A DNA stretch of 64,000 nucleotides from Bacillota bacterium (GCA_023460235.1 JAEWRE010000039.1:116820-180819), one strand, 5' to 3'; positions 30,971-42,480 are shown, numbered from the stretch's first letter. The notes: generated by a model not told the origin, from the sequence alone. Numbers and translations are program-made.

Positions 30971-31070
30971 TTTTAAAATGATATAGCAATCTATATCATT
31001 TTTTATTGTTTAATTCTTTAATAAATGATATAATAATTAGTAGCTTAATTGTTACTTTGGGAGGTATAAC

Positions 31071-31589
31071 ATGAATGAAAATAAAATACGAGGTTTTGAA
31101 GTATGTAATGAATATATAGAGAAAAATATAAAATTGCCAGAGAGAAAAACAAAATGCTCTGTTGGATATGATATTGAGGCTGCCAATGATACTTTAGTTC
31201 CATCTATTTGGAAAATAATATTTAAAAACTTTGGTAAATATATTACTGGCTCAAAAGATTATGAAGAAATCAAACCTACTCTTATAAATACAGGATTAAA
31301 ATCATATTTTTTAGAAGATGAAATATTAGTACTTGCAAATAAAAGTTCTCTACCTTTTAAGAAAGGTCTTGTTATGGCTAATAGCATTGGTGTAATTGAA
31401 AGTGATTACTATGGAAATGAATCAAATGACGGACACTTAATGTACTCTTACTATAATTTTTCTCCAATTGATTTAAATATAAAAAAAGGCGAAGTAATAG
31501 GACAAGCATACTTCCAAAAATTTCTTATTGCTGATGGTGATAATGCAACAGGTAAAAGAATTGGTGGATATGGAAGTACTTCAAAATAG
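31071..31589 (+). CDS. dut: dUTP diphosphatase (trimeric dUTPase family)
   Basis: 172 aa. Motifs SVGYDI, GVIESDYYG, RIGGYGSTS. Confidence 0.6.
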   Translation: MNENKIRGFEVCNEYIEKNIKLPERKTKCSVGYDIEAANDTLVPSIWKIIFKNFGKYITGSKDYEEIKPTLINTGLKSYFLEDEILVLANKSSLPFKKGLVMANSIGVIESDYYGNESNDGHLMYSYYNFSPIDLNIKKGEVIGQAYFQKFLIADGDNATGKRIGGYGSTSK

Positions 31590-31591
31590 AA

Positions 31592-31625
31592 AATAACTGC
31601 TCTTAACAAGCAGTTATTCTTTTTT
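31592..31625. terminator. Bidirectional terminator (AACTGCT...AGCAGTT)
   Basis: Hairpin flanked by A- and T-runs, between convergent genes. Confidence 0.55.
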
Positions 31626-31626
31626 A

Positions 31627-32013
31627 TTAAGATACTTTTTTCTGTATGGTACTAGTTACTACTTGGTTTATTAAATCCAAATAATAGACATTTTCAAACA
31701 GTTGCTTCTTTATATCAGTCTTTTTTACTTCCTTTAATTCTATCCCTATTACTTCATTACTATCGTTATTAATATAGCACTTGATTTGCACTTTATCTTC
31801 CGTAACAAACCTTTGAAATAATTCTTGGATTTTTGGATCCATCACCTCATAAAAAGGTAGTAATTTTTGTATCATACCATAACCCGCTACAAATATAGAA
31901 ATCGGCTGAATCATTATATCCATTTTTTCGTTATAAAAAATATCTGTTTCACTAATTTGGTATAAAACACCTTCAACTACTCTTAAAACTGGTTTTTTCT
32001 TTAAAAAAATCAT
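31627..32013 (-). CDS. Hypothetical protein
   Basis: 128 aa. Confidence 0.35.
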   Translation of the reverse strand: MIFLKKKPVLRVVEGVLYQISETDIFYNEKMDIMIQPISIFVAGYGMIQKLLPFYEVMDPKIQELFQRFVTEDKVQIKCYINNDSNEVIGIELKEVKKTDIKKQLFENVYYLDLINQVVTSTIQKKVS

Positions 32014-32209
32014 ATTTTTTCCTCCTTAGTTAGTAAGTTCTAAACAAATTCTATAGTGCTAATTATACCACATATATTTTATTTTATCAATATTATGTAA
32101 TCTTCACACATTAAAAATATTATGAGCATCATATATATTTAATATTTCAACAAATTGTTAAAATTTACTATTAACTTTTAGTATAATGTATGGTATAATA
32201 TAGAGACTT

Positions 32210-32812
32210 TTGAAAGGAGGAGTATTTTTGGATAATTTATTTATATATGTTAAAAACGAAAATTTAGAAAACATATCAAGATATGGTATGAAACTATCAG
32301 AATATGCAAATAAAATTATAAATATTTTAGATAGTACCAAAAGAGGTATAACTGCCTATTTATCTCCGAAAGATACTCCTCTATATATAGATGATGATTA
32401 TATTTGTTTAAGAATTAATACAAAAGACCTTAATATAATTATTTACAATAAAATATGCGAATGTACTAGTTTTATGGATCAGTTTACATGCAAGATTGAA
32501 GATTATAGAATTGGTAATTATGAAGATCCAGTTGCTTTAATATGTTCTTCAATACTACCTGAAAATATATTCGTATATAATAAAATAATAGATTTACCAT
32601 TAATAATAGAAAATTCAAAAGAATATTATTATGATAAATCAATTAATTATATGATAGAGAATAACAAATTTACAAAATTTGAAATATATCAGATGTTATT
32701 AATATTAGGAGAACAAAAAAAGATATTTGATACTGAAATTACTGGTGAAAAGTTAAAAATATATAAAGATAAAATATCTGGTAAAAAATACACAAAAAAA
32801 AGTAGCTTTTAG
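32210..32812 (+). CDS. Hypothetical protein
   Basis: 200 aa with a GGAGG RBS. Confidence 0.35.
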   Translation: MKGGVFLDNLFIYVKNENLENISRYGMKLSEYANKIINILDSTKRGITAYLSPKDTPLYIDDDYICLRINTKDLNIIIYNKICECTSFMDQFTCKIEDYRIGNYEDPVALICSSILPENIFVYNKIIDLPLIIENSKEYYYDKSINYMIENNKFTKFEIYQMLLILGEQKKIFDTEITGEKLKIYKDKISGKKYTKKSSF

Positions 32813-34012
32813 CTACTTTTTTTCATCTACTATTACTTCGTCATATACACTTAAATCACTAGAGCTTGATAATCCAATAGCTGCTTTTTCATCTTTTGAT
32901 AAATTACTAACAATATATATACTATCACTAGATGCTACAACATTAACAGGAATATTTATATATTCACTATTTTTTAATATTCTAACATATTTATATTTAC
33001 CATCTTGGCTATTATTTATTGATTTAATAGGCACTGTCATTCCTGTATATTTCTTCCATATTACTTCAATAGATATTTCTCTACTATCCCCAAAATTTTC
33101 TATTCCATTTAAGATTTTAAATATACAATAAGAATTATTTCCTGAAGTTACTATTTTGACTAAACTGCCTGAAATTGTTACACTACTATCTACTAATTTT
33201 ATATTGTAGGTATTGCCTTGTTTTATAAAGCTATCATTTCCATCTGAAGATTTTTTTACAACAATATATGCCTCATAATTGTTTATTATTTTTATACCAA
33301 ATTTATTAGTAGCATTACTATTGTATAATTTTATCATATTTTCAAAATCAGCTTCTGTATAATTCAAGATATTAGAATTGTTATACTTTCCCTCAAGATC
33401 ATCTATTTTATATGATATAATTCCAGAAGTTGTGGCTTTTATATTATCAGCTGATGCTTTACTCTGTGTTTCAAGCTTCTCACGTGCTGCAATTAATTCT
33501 CTTATCTTAGATCCTGCTGGGCTTAACTGACCAAGAATTATAACTTTTTTATATGCAAGTTCATCTAATTTTGTTTTATATTCTTGCATTTTAACATAAG
33601 AGGTAGTTTTCTTAGATTCTTTTATTATATCTGATATTTTACTATCAATGCTTGATATTTCATTTGAGTAAGTTGGCGGTAAATCAGCAATAAGGGTTTC
33701 TATGTCAGCATCCATCTTTTTTATTTGATCAGTATACTCCTCATATTTATTATTTTTGTATACTGCAATAGTTTCATTTTTTGCTACCCTTTGATATTGT
33801 TCTATTATTGGTGTAGTAACAACAGATTCGTTAATATTAACTTTTTGCTCATCTCTTACTAAATATCCTATAGAATCAGAAACTTTTTCAATATATCCAT
33901 TAACTACAGTATATTTTTCAAGTGATCTAAATACATTTCTATACCAAAATACAACAAGTAAAGAAATTAATGTTAATAAAATTATAATAAATATGAGTTT
34001 TTTATTTTTCAT
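32813..34012 (-). CDS. HlyD-like membrane-fusion-protein-fold protein (TM anchor, split lipoyl-like hairpin, coiled coil)
   Basis: 399 aa. N-terminal TM, then VVNGYIEK ... coiled coil ... TTSGIISYK. No cognate transporter adjacent. Confidence 0.4.
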   Translation of the reverse strand: MKNKKLIFIIILLTLISLLVVFWYRNVFRSLEKYTVVNGYIEKVSDSIGYLVRDEQKVNINESVVTTPIIEQYQRVAKNETIAVYKNNKYEEYTDQIKKMDADIETLIADLPPTYSNEISSIDSKISDIIKESKKTTSYVKMQEYKTKLDELAYKKVIILGQLSPAGSKIRELIAAREKLETQSKASADNIKATTSGIISYKIDDLEGKYNNSNILNYTEADFENMIKLYNSNATNKFGIKIINNYEAYIVVKKSSDGNDSFIKQGNTYNIKLVDSSVTISGSLVKIVTSGNNSYCIFKILNGIENFGDSREISIEVIWKKYTGMTVPIKSINNSQDGKYKYVRILKNSEYINIPVNVVASSDSIYIVSNLSKDEKAAIGLSSSSDLSVYDEVIVDEKK

Positions 34013-34028
34013 AGTATCTCCTCTAATA

Positions 34029-34970
34029 TTATCCTACGTTAAAGTTTTCTTTATTTATAATATCAACTAAATCATTTAAAGATTGATCTGGATTGAGCCA
34101 ATTTACATCAAGTTTATTATTAAACCAAGTGAGCTGTCTTTTAGCATACTTCCTTGTTTCATTTTTTAATTTGTCTATACATTCTTCTAAATTCTTAGTT
34201 CCATCAAAATATGGAAAAATTTCTTTATAGCCTATCGCCTGCATACATGTTACATTAGATGGTAATTTCATATCATATACTTTTTTTGCCTCATCTATGA
34301 GTCCATCTTTTAACATCTCATCTACTCTAAAATTTATTCTTTCATATAATTTTTCACGAGTAAAATTTAAAGCATATATTTTAAATTCATACTTTTTATT
34401 TTCTGAATTTATTCTTTCATTTTCTTCGATCATATGTAATGATTTTAATTTATTAGAATTTTTTGCTATTTCAATTGCACGCACAACTCTCTTCAAATTA
34501 TTAGGATGAATCTGTTTTGCACTTTTTTCATCTATTTCTTCTAAAATAGAATGCACATATTCATTTGACTTTTGTTTTGCCAGCTCATAAAGTTCATTTC
34601 TATATTCCTCATCAATATCTTGTTTATCAAATTGCATATCATTAACAACAGCACTTACATATAGTCCTGTACCACCAACAATTATAGGCACTTTTCCTCT
34701 TGATATTATATTATTAATTTTATCATAGCATAATTCTTTAAAATCTGCAACACTAAAGGTGTCAGTTATATCACAAATATCTATTAAGTGGTGTGGTATT
34801 CCCTGAGTCTCACTTTCTGTTACCTTAGCTGTTGCTACATTTAGGTCTTTATATATTTGCATAGAGTCAGCTGAAATAATCTCACCGTTTACTTTTTTTG
34901 CAAGAGCAACACTCATTGCAGTTTTTCCTGATGCAGTAGGACCCACAATACAAATTACTATTGGTTTCAT
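34029..34970 (-). CDS. miaA: tRNA dimethylallyltransferase
   Basis: 313 aa. P-loop GPTASGKT and DSMQIY motif. Confidence 0.85.
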   Translation of the reverse strand: MKPIVICIVGPTASGKTAMSVALAKKVNGEIISADSMQIYKDLNVATAKVTESETQGIPHHLIDICDITDTFSVADFKELCYDKINNIISRGKVPIIVGGTGLYVSAVVNDMQFDKQDIDEEYRNELYELAKQKSNEYVHSILEEIDEKSAKQIHPNNLKRVVRAIEIAKNSNKLKSLHMIEENERINSENKKYEFKIYALNFTREKLYERINFRVDEMLKDGLIDEAKKVYDMKLPSNVTCMQAIGYKEIFPYFDGTKNLEECIDKLKNETRKYAKRQLTWFNNKLDVNWLNPDQSLNDLVDIINKENFNVG

Positions 34971-34980
34971 TTTAACACCA

Positions 34981-36951
34981 TTACTTTCTTAGAAATCTTC
35001 TTTCAATTTCATATTTTGAAATTTCATATGCTGTAGGTCTTCCATGTGGGCAAGTAAAAGGTCTTTCAAGTTTTATCATCTCAGATATCAATGTTTTTTG
35101 TTCTTCAACATCAAGTTTCATATTCCCTTTAACAGCAGCCTTACATGCAACTGTCGCAAGAAATCTAAATTCTTTTTCACTTTTTTCAGTTTTAGTAGCA
35201 CCTAATAATTCATCAATAATGTCTTTAAACATAGATTTATATTCTATATCGTATCCTATGTCTGGAACCCCTGATATTTTAACTGTAGTTTCACCAAAAT
35301 CTTCAATTATAAAACCTGTTTTTTCAAACATTTCAATATTTTCATCAACTACAGATTTTTCTTTTGAAGTAAGTTCAACAAGTATCGGTATAAGAAGAAG
35401 TTGACTCTGTTTATTGCTAGAATAAAATCTTGCCTTTACCTTTTCATATAATAGTCTTTCATGAGCTGCATGTTGATCAATTATATACATTTTTTCTTTA
35501 ATTTGTATAATTATATATGTATCAAAAACTTGTCCTATATATTTATATGCAATATCCATTACTTGATTATTATTAATATAATCAGTTCTTTCATCACTAT
35601 TTGAAATTATGCCGATTTCTACCTGTTCTGAGATATCATTAACAGTATTTTTAGTTTTATTTTCTGTTTGTAAATGATAATTAAAATTTTCTTTTATATC
35701 ATTATTTTCATTGATATTTTCTTCTTTTCTATTCTCTTCTACCTTAGGTTGATTATCAAAGTCAAATTTTCTATCAATTTTAATTTGTTCATCATTAAAA
35801 ACAGTTGTTAATGGGTTGATATAATTTGATTGCTGAGTTATTCCAAAATCATATGATTTTTTAATGTTGTTATCCACATTATCAACATAGTTTGGTACAC
35901 TTTTTACAGATATATCCATTTCAACATTTTGTTCCATATTAGTGAATGGACTATCTTCTCTTTGTTTTTTTTCAAGTGCAGTTTTAACTGCTGCATATAC
36001 TGCTTGAAATACTTGAGATTCATTTTCGAATTTTACTTCTAATTTTGCTGGGTGAACATTAACATCAATATGCATAGGATCAATATTTACATTTATAACA
36101 ACAAATGCAAATTTATTTATAGCATACTTTTCAGCACATGCTTTATCAATTGCACTACTTATAGTCTTATCTTTTATATATCTAGAATTTACGAAAGTAA
36201 ATTGATGCATTCTTGTTGATCTAGAAATTTGTGGTAATCCTATAACTCCATTAATACTGATTTCATTATTTTGATATTCTAGTGGAACTATATTTTGATA
36301 TATCTCTTTTCCAAATATATCATAAATAGTTTCTTTTAATTCACCTTTTCCTGATGTTTGGATTATTACTTTTGAATTATTAATATACTTAAAACTTATA
36401 TTTGGATTTGCAAGCGCAATCCTTATAACTACATCCTCAATGTATCCAGCTTCTGTATAGTCTTTCTTTAAAAACTTAAATCTAGCAGGGACATTAAAGA
36501 ATATATCTTTTATCTCAATTTTTGTTCCTTGTGTTGTTGCAGCAGGTGACATATTTTCAAATTTACCTGCACTTACACTAGCTAAAGACCCAATTTCTTC
36601 ATCTTTATTTTTAGTTGTTAAAGTAACTTTAGATATTGCTGCTATTGAGGCAAGAGCCTCTCCCCTAAATCCCATGGAAGTTATTTTCTGTAGATCTTCT
36701 TCTTGTCTTATTTTACTAGTTGCATGCCTTTCAAAAGCCATTTCAATATCATCTGAATGAAAACCTAATCCATTATCAGTTATTTTTATGTAGGAGATAC
36801 CTCCATTTTTTATTTCAACAGTTATAGCTGTAGCTCCTGCATCTATTGAATTTTCAATTAATTCTTTTACAATAGAAGACGGTCTATCAACAACCTCACC
36901 TGCTGCTATTTTATTTACTGTATGTTCATCTAATAAAATTATATTTCCCAT
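34981..36951 (-). CDS. mutL: DNA mismatch repair protein MutL
   Basis: 656 aa. GHKL ATPase motifs (ELIENSIDAGAT, DNGLG, GFRGEAL) and a C-terminal dimerisation/endonuclease region. Confidence 0.85.
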   Translation of the reverse strand: MGNIILLDEHTVNKIAAGEVVDRPSSIVKELIENSIDAGATAITVEIKNGGISYIKITDNGLGFHSDDIEMAFERHATSKIRQEEDLQKITSMGFRGEALASIAAISKVTLTTKNKDEEIGSLASVSAGKFENMSPAATTQGTKIEIKDIFFNVPARFKFLKKDYTEAGYIEDVVIRIALANPNISFKYINNSKVIIQTSGKGELKETIYDIFGKEIYQNIVPLEYQNNEISINGVIGLPQISRSTRMHQFTFVNSRYIKDKTISSAIDKACAEKYAINKFAFVVINVNIDPMHIDVNVHPAKLEVKFENESQVFQAVYAAVKTALEKKQREDSPFTNMEQNVEMDISVKSVPNYVDNVDNNIKKSYDFGITQQSNYINPLTTVFNDEQIKIDRKFDFDNQPKVEENRKEENINENNDIKENFNYHLQTENKTKNTVNDISEQVEIGIISNSDERTDYINNNQVMDIAYKYIGQVFDTYIIIQIKEKMYIIDQHAAHERLLYEKVKARFYSSNKQSQLLLIPILVELTSKEKSVVDENIEMFEKTGFIIEDFGETTVKISGVPDIGYDIEYKSMFKDIIDELLGATKTEKSEKEFRFLATVACKAAVKGNMKLDVEEQKTLISEMIKLERPFTCPHGRPTAYEISKYEIERRFLRK

Positions 36952-36966
36952 ACTTTCACCACCTTT

Positions 36967-39567
36967 TTAATTCATTTTTTCTTTTAATTTATATAACACT
37001 TCAAGTGCATCTTTGGGAGTAAGTTCATCTAAATCAGTTTTTTCTAAAATTTTCATTACTTCTGCCATTTTATAATTAAACATATCAACTTGAATTTCTT
37101 CTGTTGTTATATTTTTCTTCTTTAATTCTATTGTCTTTTTTGCAAGTCCAATATTTTCAAGATTTTTAAGTATTTCTTTTGCTCTTTTTAGAATTAAATG
37201 ATTTATACCTGCAAGCTTTGCAACATGAATACCATATGATTCATCCGCTCCGCCGCGAATTATTTTTCTTAAGAATACTACATCATCACCATTTTCTTTT
37301 ACTGCAATTGAATAATTCTTTACGCCGTCTAGTTTTTCTTCTAGTTCAGTTAGTTCATGATAATGAGTTGCAAAAAGTGTTTTAGCACCTATTTTTTCTT
37401 TATTTGCCATATATTCAACAGTTGCCCAAGCTATTGATAACCCATCATATGTTGAAGTTCCTCTTCCAATTTCATCAAGTATAATTAAACTGTTTTGAGT
37501 TGCATTTTCAATGATATTTGATAGTTCTTGCATTTCTACCATAAAAGTAGATTGTCCCATTGCTAAATCATCTGATGCACCAATTCTTGTAAATATTCTA
37601 TCAACTATAGATATATATGCATCATCTGCAGGTACAAAGCTTCCAACTTGAGCCATATATGTAGTTAAAGCAACTTGTCTCATATAAGTTGATTTACCAG
37701 CCATGTTAGGTCCAGTGATAATTAAAAATCTATCATCAGCATTATTTAAGGTTACATCATTTGGTATAAATTCTGTATTTTTCAGAGCTTTTTCAACTAC
37801 TGCATGTCTTCCATTTATAATTTTTATATCACCATTGTCAAGCATATTAGGTTTTGCATAATTATTATTTTTGGCTACCGTTGCAAAAGAACAAAGTACA
37901 TCCAAAATTGATATTACTTTGGCTGTTTTTTGAATACGTATAACTTCAAGAGCTGTCCTTTGTCTTATTTCACAGAATAGATCATATTCCAAATCAACAA
38001 GTTTATCCTTAGCTCCTAAAATTTTATCTTCTATTTCTTTTAATTCTTCAGTTATATAACGCTCAGCACCAGCTAAAGTCTGCTTTCTTATATATCTATC
38101 TTCTGGAATTAAATCTCTATATGAATTTGTAACTTCAATATAATAACCAAATACTCTGTTATAACCAACTCTTAGCCATTTCCCTTTTATTCCTGTTAAT
38201 TCTTTTTCTTTTGCTTCAAGTTCCATTAACCAGTTTTGACCTTCTGTAGATGCTCTTCTATATTCATCAACACTTTGATTATATCCATCTTTAATTATTC
38301 CGCCTTCTTTAATTGTAATTCCTGGATAATCTTCAAGTGATACATTAATTAATTCATATATATCCTGTAATATGTCTAATTGGTTAAATAATTCCATTAA
38401 ATAACCGTTTCCACTCGTATTTGCTATATCTTCAAGTGTACTTTTTAGCATAGGTAACTTTTCAAGTGAATTTTTTAGCGATACCATTTCTCTTGCATTT
38501 GCGCTAGTTCCTACAATCTTTGAAATAAGACGTTCAATATCATAAACATTCTTTAAAGTATCTATCAAATCAATTCTATATATATTGTTATTTATTAGAG
38601 CTTCAACTGCACCTAATCTTTTTTCTATCTCTATTTTCTCAAGTAATGGAGCCTCTAACCACTTTCTAAGTTGTCTACTTCCCATAGCAGTAACTGTTTC
38701 ATCTAATACCCAAAGCAGACTACCTTTTTTAGTTTTTTCTCTATTTGATTCAAGTATTTCCAAGTTTTTTCTTGTTGAAGTATCAAGTTGCATAAATTTT
38801 TCTATTTGATATTTTTGAATATTGTTTAGTTGTTCAATACTTGTTTTTTGAGTCTCTTCAACATAGTTAATAAGTAAAGTAGCAACTAAATGTTCTATTT
38901 CATTTAATTTAGTTTCAGAACTATTTAATATTTTCTCTAAGTAGCTATTATCTTCAATATTCTCATAGTTTGATATATATACATTAAAAGTTCTGCTTAT
39001 CTCTCTTGCAAGTATCATTCCATTTTTTTCTTTATCTGGAATTAATATCTCAGATGGATTTATTCTAGAAATCTCATTTAATATTTTTATATCCATATCA
39101 CTTCCAGTTAAATTTGAAACTGAAAATTCTCCTGTTGAAACATCACAAAATGCAAGTCCACAATCATTTTTTCTATTTAATATTGCAAGTATATAATTAT
39201 TTTTTTTCTCATCTAGCATTGTTAATTCTGTTATAGTACCAGGTGTCACTATTTTTACTACATCTCTTTTTACAATTCCTTTTGCTTCTTTTGGATCTTC
39301 AACTTGCTCACAAATAGCAACTTTATATCCTTTTTCTACCATTTTTTGTATATATGTATTTACTGCATGATATGGAATCCCACACATTGGAGCTCGCTCT
39401 TCTTGTCCACAATCTTTTCCTGTAAGTGTTAATTCAAGTTCTCTGCTGCATATTTCTGCTTGTTCAAAGAACATTTCGTAGAAATCTCCTAATCTATAAA
39501 AAACTATACAATCCTTATATTTTTCAACAACTTCCATATATTGTTGCATCATAGGTGTAAGTGCCAT
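36967..39567 (-). CDS. mutS: DNA mismatch repair protein MutS
   Basis: 866 aa. Mismatch-binding region, Walker A GPNMAGKST and an ABC-type ATPase C-terminus. Confidence 0.9.
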   Translation of the reverse strand: MALTPMMQQYMEVVEKYKDCIVFYRLGDFYEMFFEQAEICSRELELTLTGKDCGQEERAPMCGIPYHAVNTYIQKMVEKGYKVAICEQVEDPKEAKGIVKRDVVKIVTPGTITELTMLDEKKNNYILAILNRKNDCGLAFCDVSTGEFSVSNLTGSDMDIKILNEISRINPSEILIPDKEKNGMILAREISRTFNVYISNYENIEDNSYLEKILNSSETKLNEIEHLVATLLINYVEETQKTSIEQLNNIQKYQIEKFMQLDTSTRKNLEILESNREKTKKGSLLWVLDETVTAMGSRQLRKWLEAPLLEKIEIEKRLGAVEALINNNIYRIDLIDTLKNVYDIERLISKIVGTSANAREMVSLKNSLEKLPMLKSTLEDIANTSGNGYLMELFNQLDILQDIYELINVSLEDYPGITIKEGGIIKDGYNQSVDEYRRASTEGQNWLMELEAKEKELTGIKGKWLRVGYNRVFGYYIEVTNSYRDLIPEDRYIRKQTLAGAERYITEELKEIEDKILGAKDKLVDLEYDLFCEIRQRTALEVIRIQKTAKVISILDVLCSFATVAKNNNYAKPNMLDNGDIKIINGRHAVVEKALKNTEFIPNDVTLNNADDRFLIITGPNMAGKSTYMRQVALTTYMAQVGSFVPADDAYISIVDRIFTRIGASDDLAMGQSTFMVEMQELSNIIENATQNSLIILDEIGRGTSTYDGLSIAWATVEYMANKEKIGAKTLFATHYHELTELEEKLDGVKNYSIAVKENGDDVVFLRKIIRGGADESYGIHVAKLAGINHLILKRAKEILKNLENIGLAKKTIELKKKNITTEEIQVDMFNYKMAEVMKILEKTDLDELTPKDALEVLYKLKEKMN

Positions 39568-39654
39568 AAAATCCTCCTATTTTTTTGTATAATTATATCA
39601 AAAAAAAGAACTTTTTACAATAGAGAAAAAAAAAAGAGGTTATGCACCTCTTCT

Positions 39655-39801
39655 CTTAGTAATTTTTATTGTTTCTAGCTTTTTTAGCTCTGATACATTC
39701 TTTACATCTAGCTGGTTCGTGTAAACCTCTTTCAGCAAAAAATTCTTGTTCAGCAACTGTAAATACGAATTCTGTACCACAATCTTTACAAACGATTTTT
39801 T
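39655..39801 (-). CDS. Small zinc-ribbon protein (~48 aa, CxxC...CxxC), absent from the ORF track
   Basis: The minus strand reads MEDKKIVCKDCGTEFVFTVAEQEFFAERGLHEPARCKECIRAKKARNNKNY behind an AGGAGG RBS. Coordinates +/-2 nt. Confidence 0.5.
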
Positions 39802-40036
39802 TATCTTCCATGACTTTTTCCTCCTTTAAGAATTTGGTTATTAGAAAACAACTTTAAAATTAACTTTAGAAACAATTCTTAAAGGATAATTTAAAACTTT
39901 CTACTTAACTAAATATAATTATATCATAAATATATTATTTTTCAATACTTTATGTGATATTTATATTTTATTCTTATATATTATATAATTTTATGCATTA
40001 TATTATGCTTATTTTACATAATTTATATATATTTAT

Positions 40037-40669
40037 TTAATTTTTGTTAATTTTTTCTGTACTAAAGTATTTATTTCCTAAAATACAAATTGGTAAGAAA
40101 TATAAACACCAGACTTCTAGTACAACTGTTCCAAATATACTACTTGTTCCAGCAGTAAAGATAGGAAACATTGGCATTATTAGACATGCAAAAAAGAAGA
40201 TTCCATGAATTAATAGCATATATTTTAATACTTTGTTTGATTTAACTTCTGTATTTTTAATAGTAAAGCTAATTAAAAAAGTTGATAATGCCATAAAAGC
40301 ATATCCTAGTAAATCATAATTGAAAAATAAACTTCCAGTTTTTCCATAACTTATTATTGATAAAGTTTCTTCACTTAAATTTGAATTTAATCTAATTGTT
40401 GTACATTCTGAGTAATACACAAGAAATACTATAGTAGCATATATTATTGAAAACGCAATGCCAGTTAAAGCAATAGATTTTTTCTCTTTATCTTCATTAA
40501 TAGAATAAATAGATATCATAAATCCTACGAATCCAATAGCAATAAAAATACTTGAAAGACAGCTTAAAAATAGTGTATTAAAAAATAGTCCAATTATCAT
40601 CGATATCGCAAATGATAAAACAGCTAAACCTGTTATAATTGAACTAATTTTTCCAAATGTTTTGTTCAT
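40037..40669 (-). CDS. Polytopic membrane protein (6 TM)
   Basis: 210 aa, hydrophobic throughout. Confidence 0.4.
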   Translation of the reverse strand: MNKTFGKISSIITGLAVLSFAISMIIGLFFNTLFLSCLSSIFIAIGFVGFMISIYSINEDKEKKSIALTGIAFSIIYATIVFLVYYSECTTIRLNSNLSEETLSIISYGKTGSLFFNYDLLGYAFMALSTFLISFTIKNTEVKSNKVLKYMLLIHGIFFFACLIMPMFPIFTAGTSSIFGTVVLEVWCLYFLPICILGNKYFSTEKINKN

Positions 40670-40750
40670 AAATACCTCCCTATAAACAATTTATTTCTAG
40701 TATAGCATAGGGACTAAATTTCTTCAATATGTAAAATAATATTTTATAAA

Positions 40751-41272
40751 CTACATATATAAATTTACAATTATTATAGTAGCAATTATTGCAAATAAAT
40801 CTGCAATCAAGCCAGCAATTAGCGTTCCTCTTAATTTTTTTACCTTTACTGCGCCATATAAAATTGTGATAGTATATAGCGTAGTTTCAGTTGCAGCCAT
40901 TAATATTGATGCAATTTTACCTGATTTGGAATCAGGACCTACCTCCTTAAATATATCTATTACTGCTGACATAGAAGCCCCACCAGATAATGGCTTTAAA
41001 ATACACAGTGGTATAATATCAGATGGTATTCCAAGTCTAACCAATATTGGATCAAGAGGTTTTATAATTAGTTCAAGAGCACCGGTACTTCTTAACAAGC
41101 CTATTGCTATTGTTATTCCAAATATATATGGGAAAATATTATATATAACCTTTAAACCAGACAAACATCCCTCAACAAACAATTTAAATACGTCTTTTTT
41201 TTCTATTACTCCTATTAACAATATTACAAAAATTGTAATTGGTATTAATGAATTTATTATATAATTAAACAT
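40751..41272 (-). CDS. spmB: Spore maturation protein B
   Basis: 173 aa nucleoside-recognition-domain membrane protein, paired with spmA. Confidence 0.65.
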   Translation of the reverse strand: MFNYIINSLIPITIFVILLIGVIEKKDVFKLFVEGCLSGLKVIYNIFPYIFGITIAIGLLRSTGALELIIKPLDPILVRLGIPSDIIPLCILKPLSGGASMSAVIDIFKEVGPDSKSGKIASILMAATETTLYTITILYGAVKVKKLRGTLIAGLIADLFAIIATIIIVNLYM

Positions 41273-41275
41273 TTC

Positions 41276-41851
41276 TTACACCATTTTTCTATTCAATATT
41301 TTAATAGCAATAAACCCTATTATTAAAGATGTTATACTAACGATCCATATAGGAACTACAATTGCTGTAGGATTACTTGAACCATATAACGTTCTAAGCG
41401 CAATCATGTTAGTTGGAATTATTTGTAATGATGCGGTATTTAAAAGAACAAATGTAGTCATATTATTAGTTGGTCTATCTTTGTATTTGTTTTCTTTTTG
41501 AAGTTCCTCCATAGCTCTTATTCCATTAACTGTTGCAGCATTGCCCACTCCAAGCATATTTGTTGAAATATTCATACTCATATAACCTATCGATTTTTCA
41601 TTCAATTCTTTTTTATCAAATATTTTAGAAATAAATTTTGCAAAGAATCTTGAAAATGATTTTATAGCATTAGTATTTTCAAATACATTAAAAATACCAC
41701 TCCAAAAACACATCATACCTGCAAGAGTTAATATATTCTCAACAGCACTCTTTCCACTTGTTGTTATACTATTTATTACTGTTTCTGGATTTCCAAATAC
41801 TATTGCAACTGTAATACTTATGAGTAGCATAAAAGTCCATATTTTTGACAT
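41276..41851 (-). CDS. spmA: Spore maturation protein A
   Basis: 191 aa. Gate/nucleoside-recognition domain. spmA-spmB tandem. Confidence 0.65.
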   Translation of the reverse strand: MSKIWTFMLLISITVAIVFGNPETVINSITTSGKSAVENILTLAGMMCFWSGIFNVFENTNAIKSFSRFFAKFISKIFDKKELNEKSIGYMSMNISTNMLGVGNAATVNGIRAMEELQKENKYKDRPTNNMTTFVLLNTASLQIIPTNMIALRTLYGSSNPTAIVVPIWIVSITSLIIGFIAIKILNRKMV

Positions 41852-41979
41852 TATATCACCTTAATTTTTTCTATATATTAATAAACTATATGTTAAAATA
41901 ATTATCATATTCATAAACTAGAAAAAACGACTAATGCATCTTTGCATTAATCGCCTTTTAAATATTAAATTAAAATATA

Positions 41980-42480
41980 TTATTTTATCCATGACAAAAT
42001 AATATCATTTATACATGTTAATTTATCGGTAAAAATTATAACGAAAGTTTCCCTATATTTTGGCATCTGTATATTAAGAGGCCACATATGTTTTAAGATC
42101 ATATCTGCTTCAATTTCATTTATAGAAAAGTTCTTTTTTGTATTTTTTAAAGCTCTTCTTGAATGAGTAAATCCATGCTTCAAAAAGAATTTCTTAGGTC
42201 TCCTATTCCTCCAATCATATAAGAAGAAATCATGCAACAGACCAGCTCTTGCAGCTGAAATGTAATCAAATCCAAATAACTTGCATAATTTATAATTTAA
42301 CATTGATACTCTTATACTATGTTCTAGCCTTGTTATATTTATATGATGCTTAAATTCATCTAATTTAAGTATTTTTTCATTTGTTATTATATCACTTATA
42401 CAATCATAGTAATCATGATCGACTTTGATTGTAATATTTTTAAGTTTAATTGTTATTTTTTCCATACCAATATTATACAC
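41980..42480 (-). CDS. HD-domain phosphohydrolase
   Basis: 166 aa with H...HD motif (LEHSIRV...GLLHDFF). Confidence 0.55.
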   Translation of the reverse strand: MYNIGMEKITIKLKNITIKVDHDYYDCISDIITNEKILKLDEFKHHINITRLEHSIRVSMLNYKLCKLFGFDYISAARAGLLHDFFLYDWRNRRPKKFFLKHGFTHSRRALKNTKKNFSINEIEADMILKHMWPLNIQMPKYRETFVIIFTDKLTCINDIILSWIK

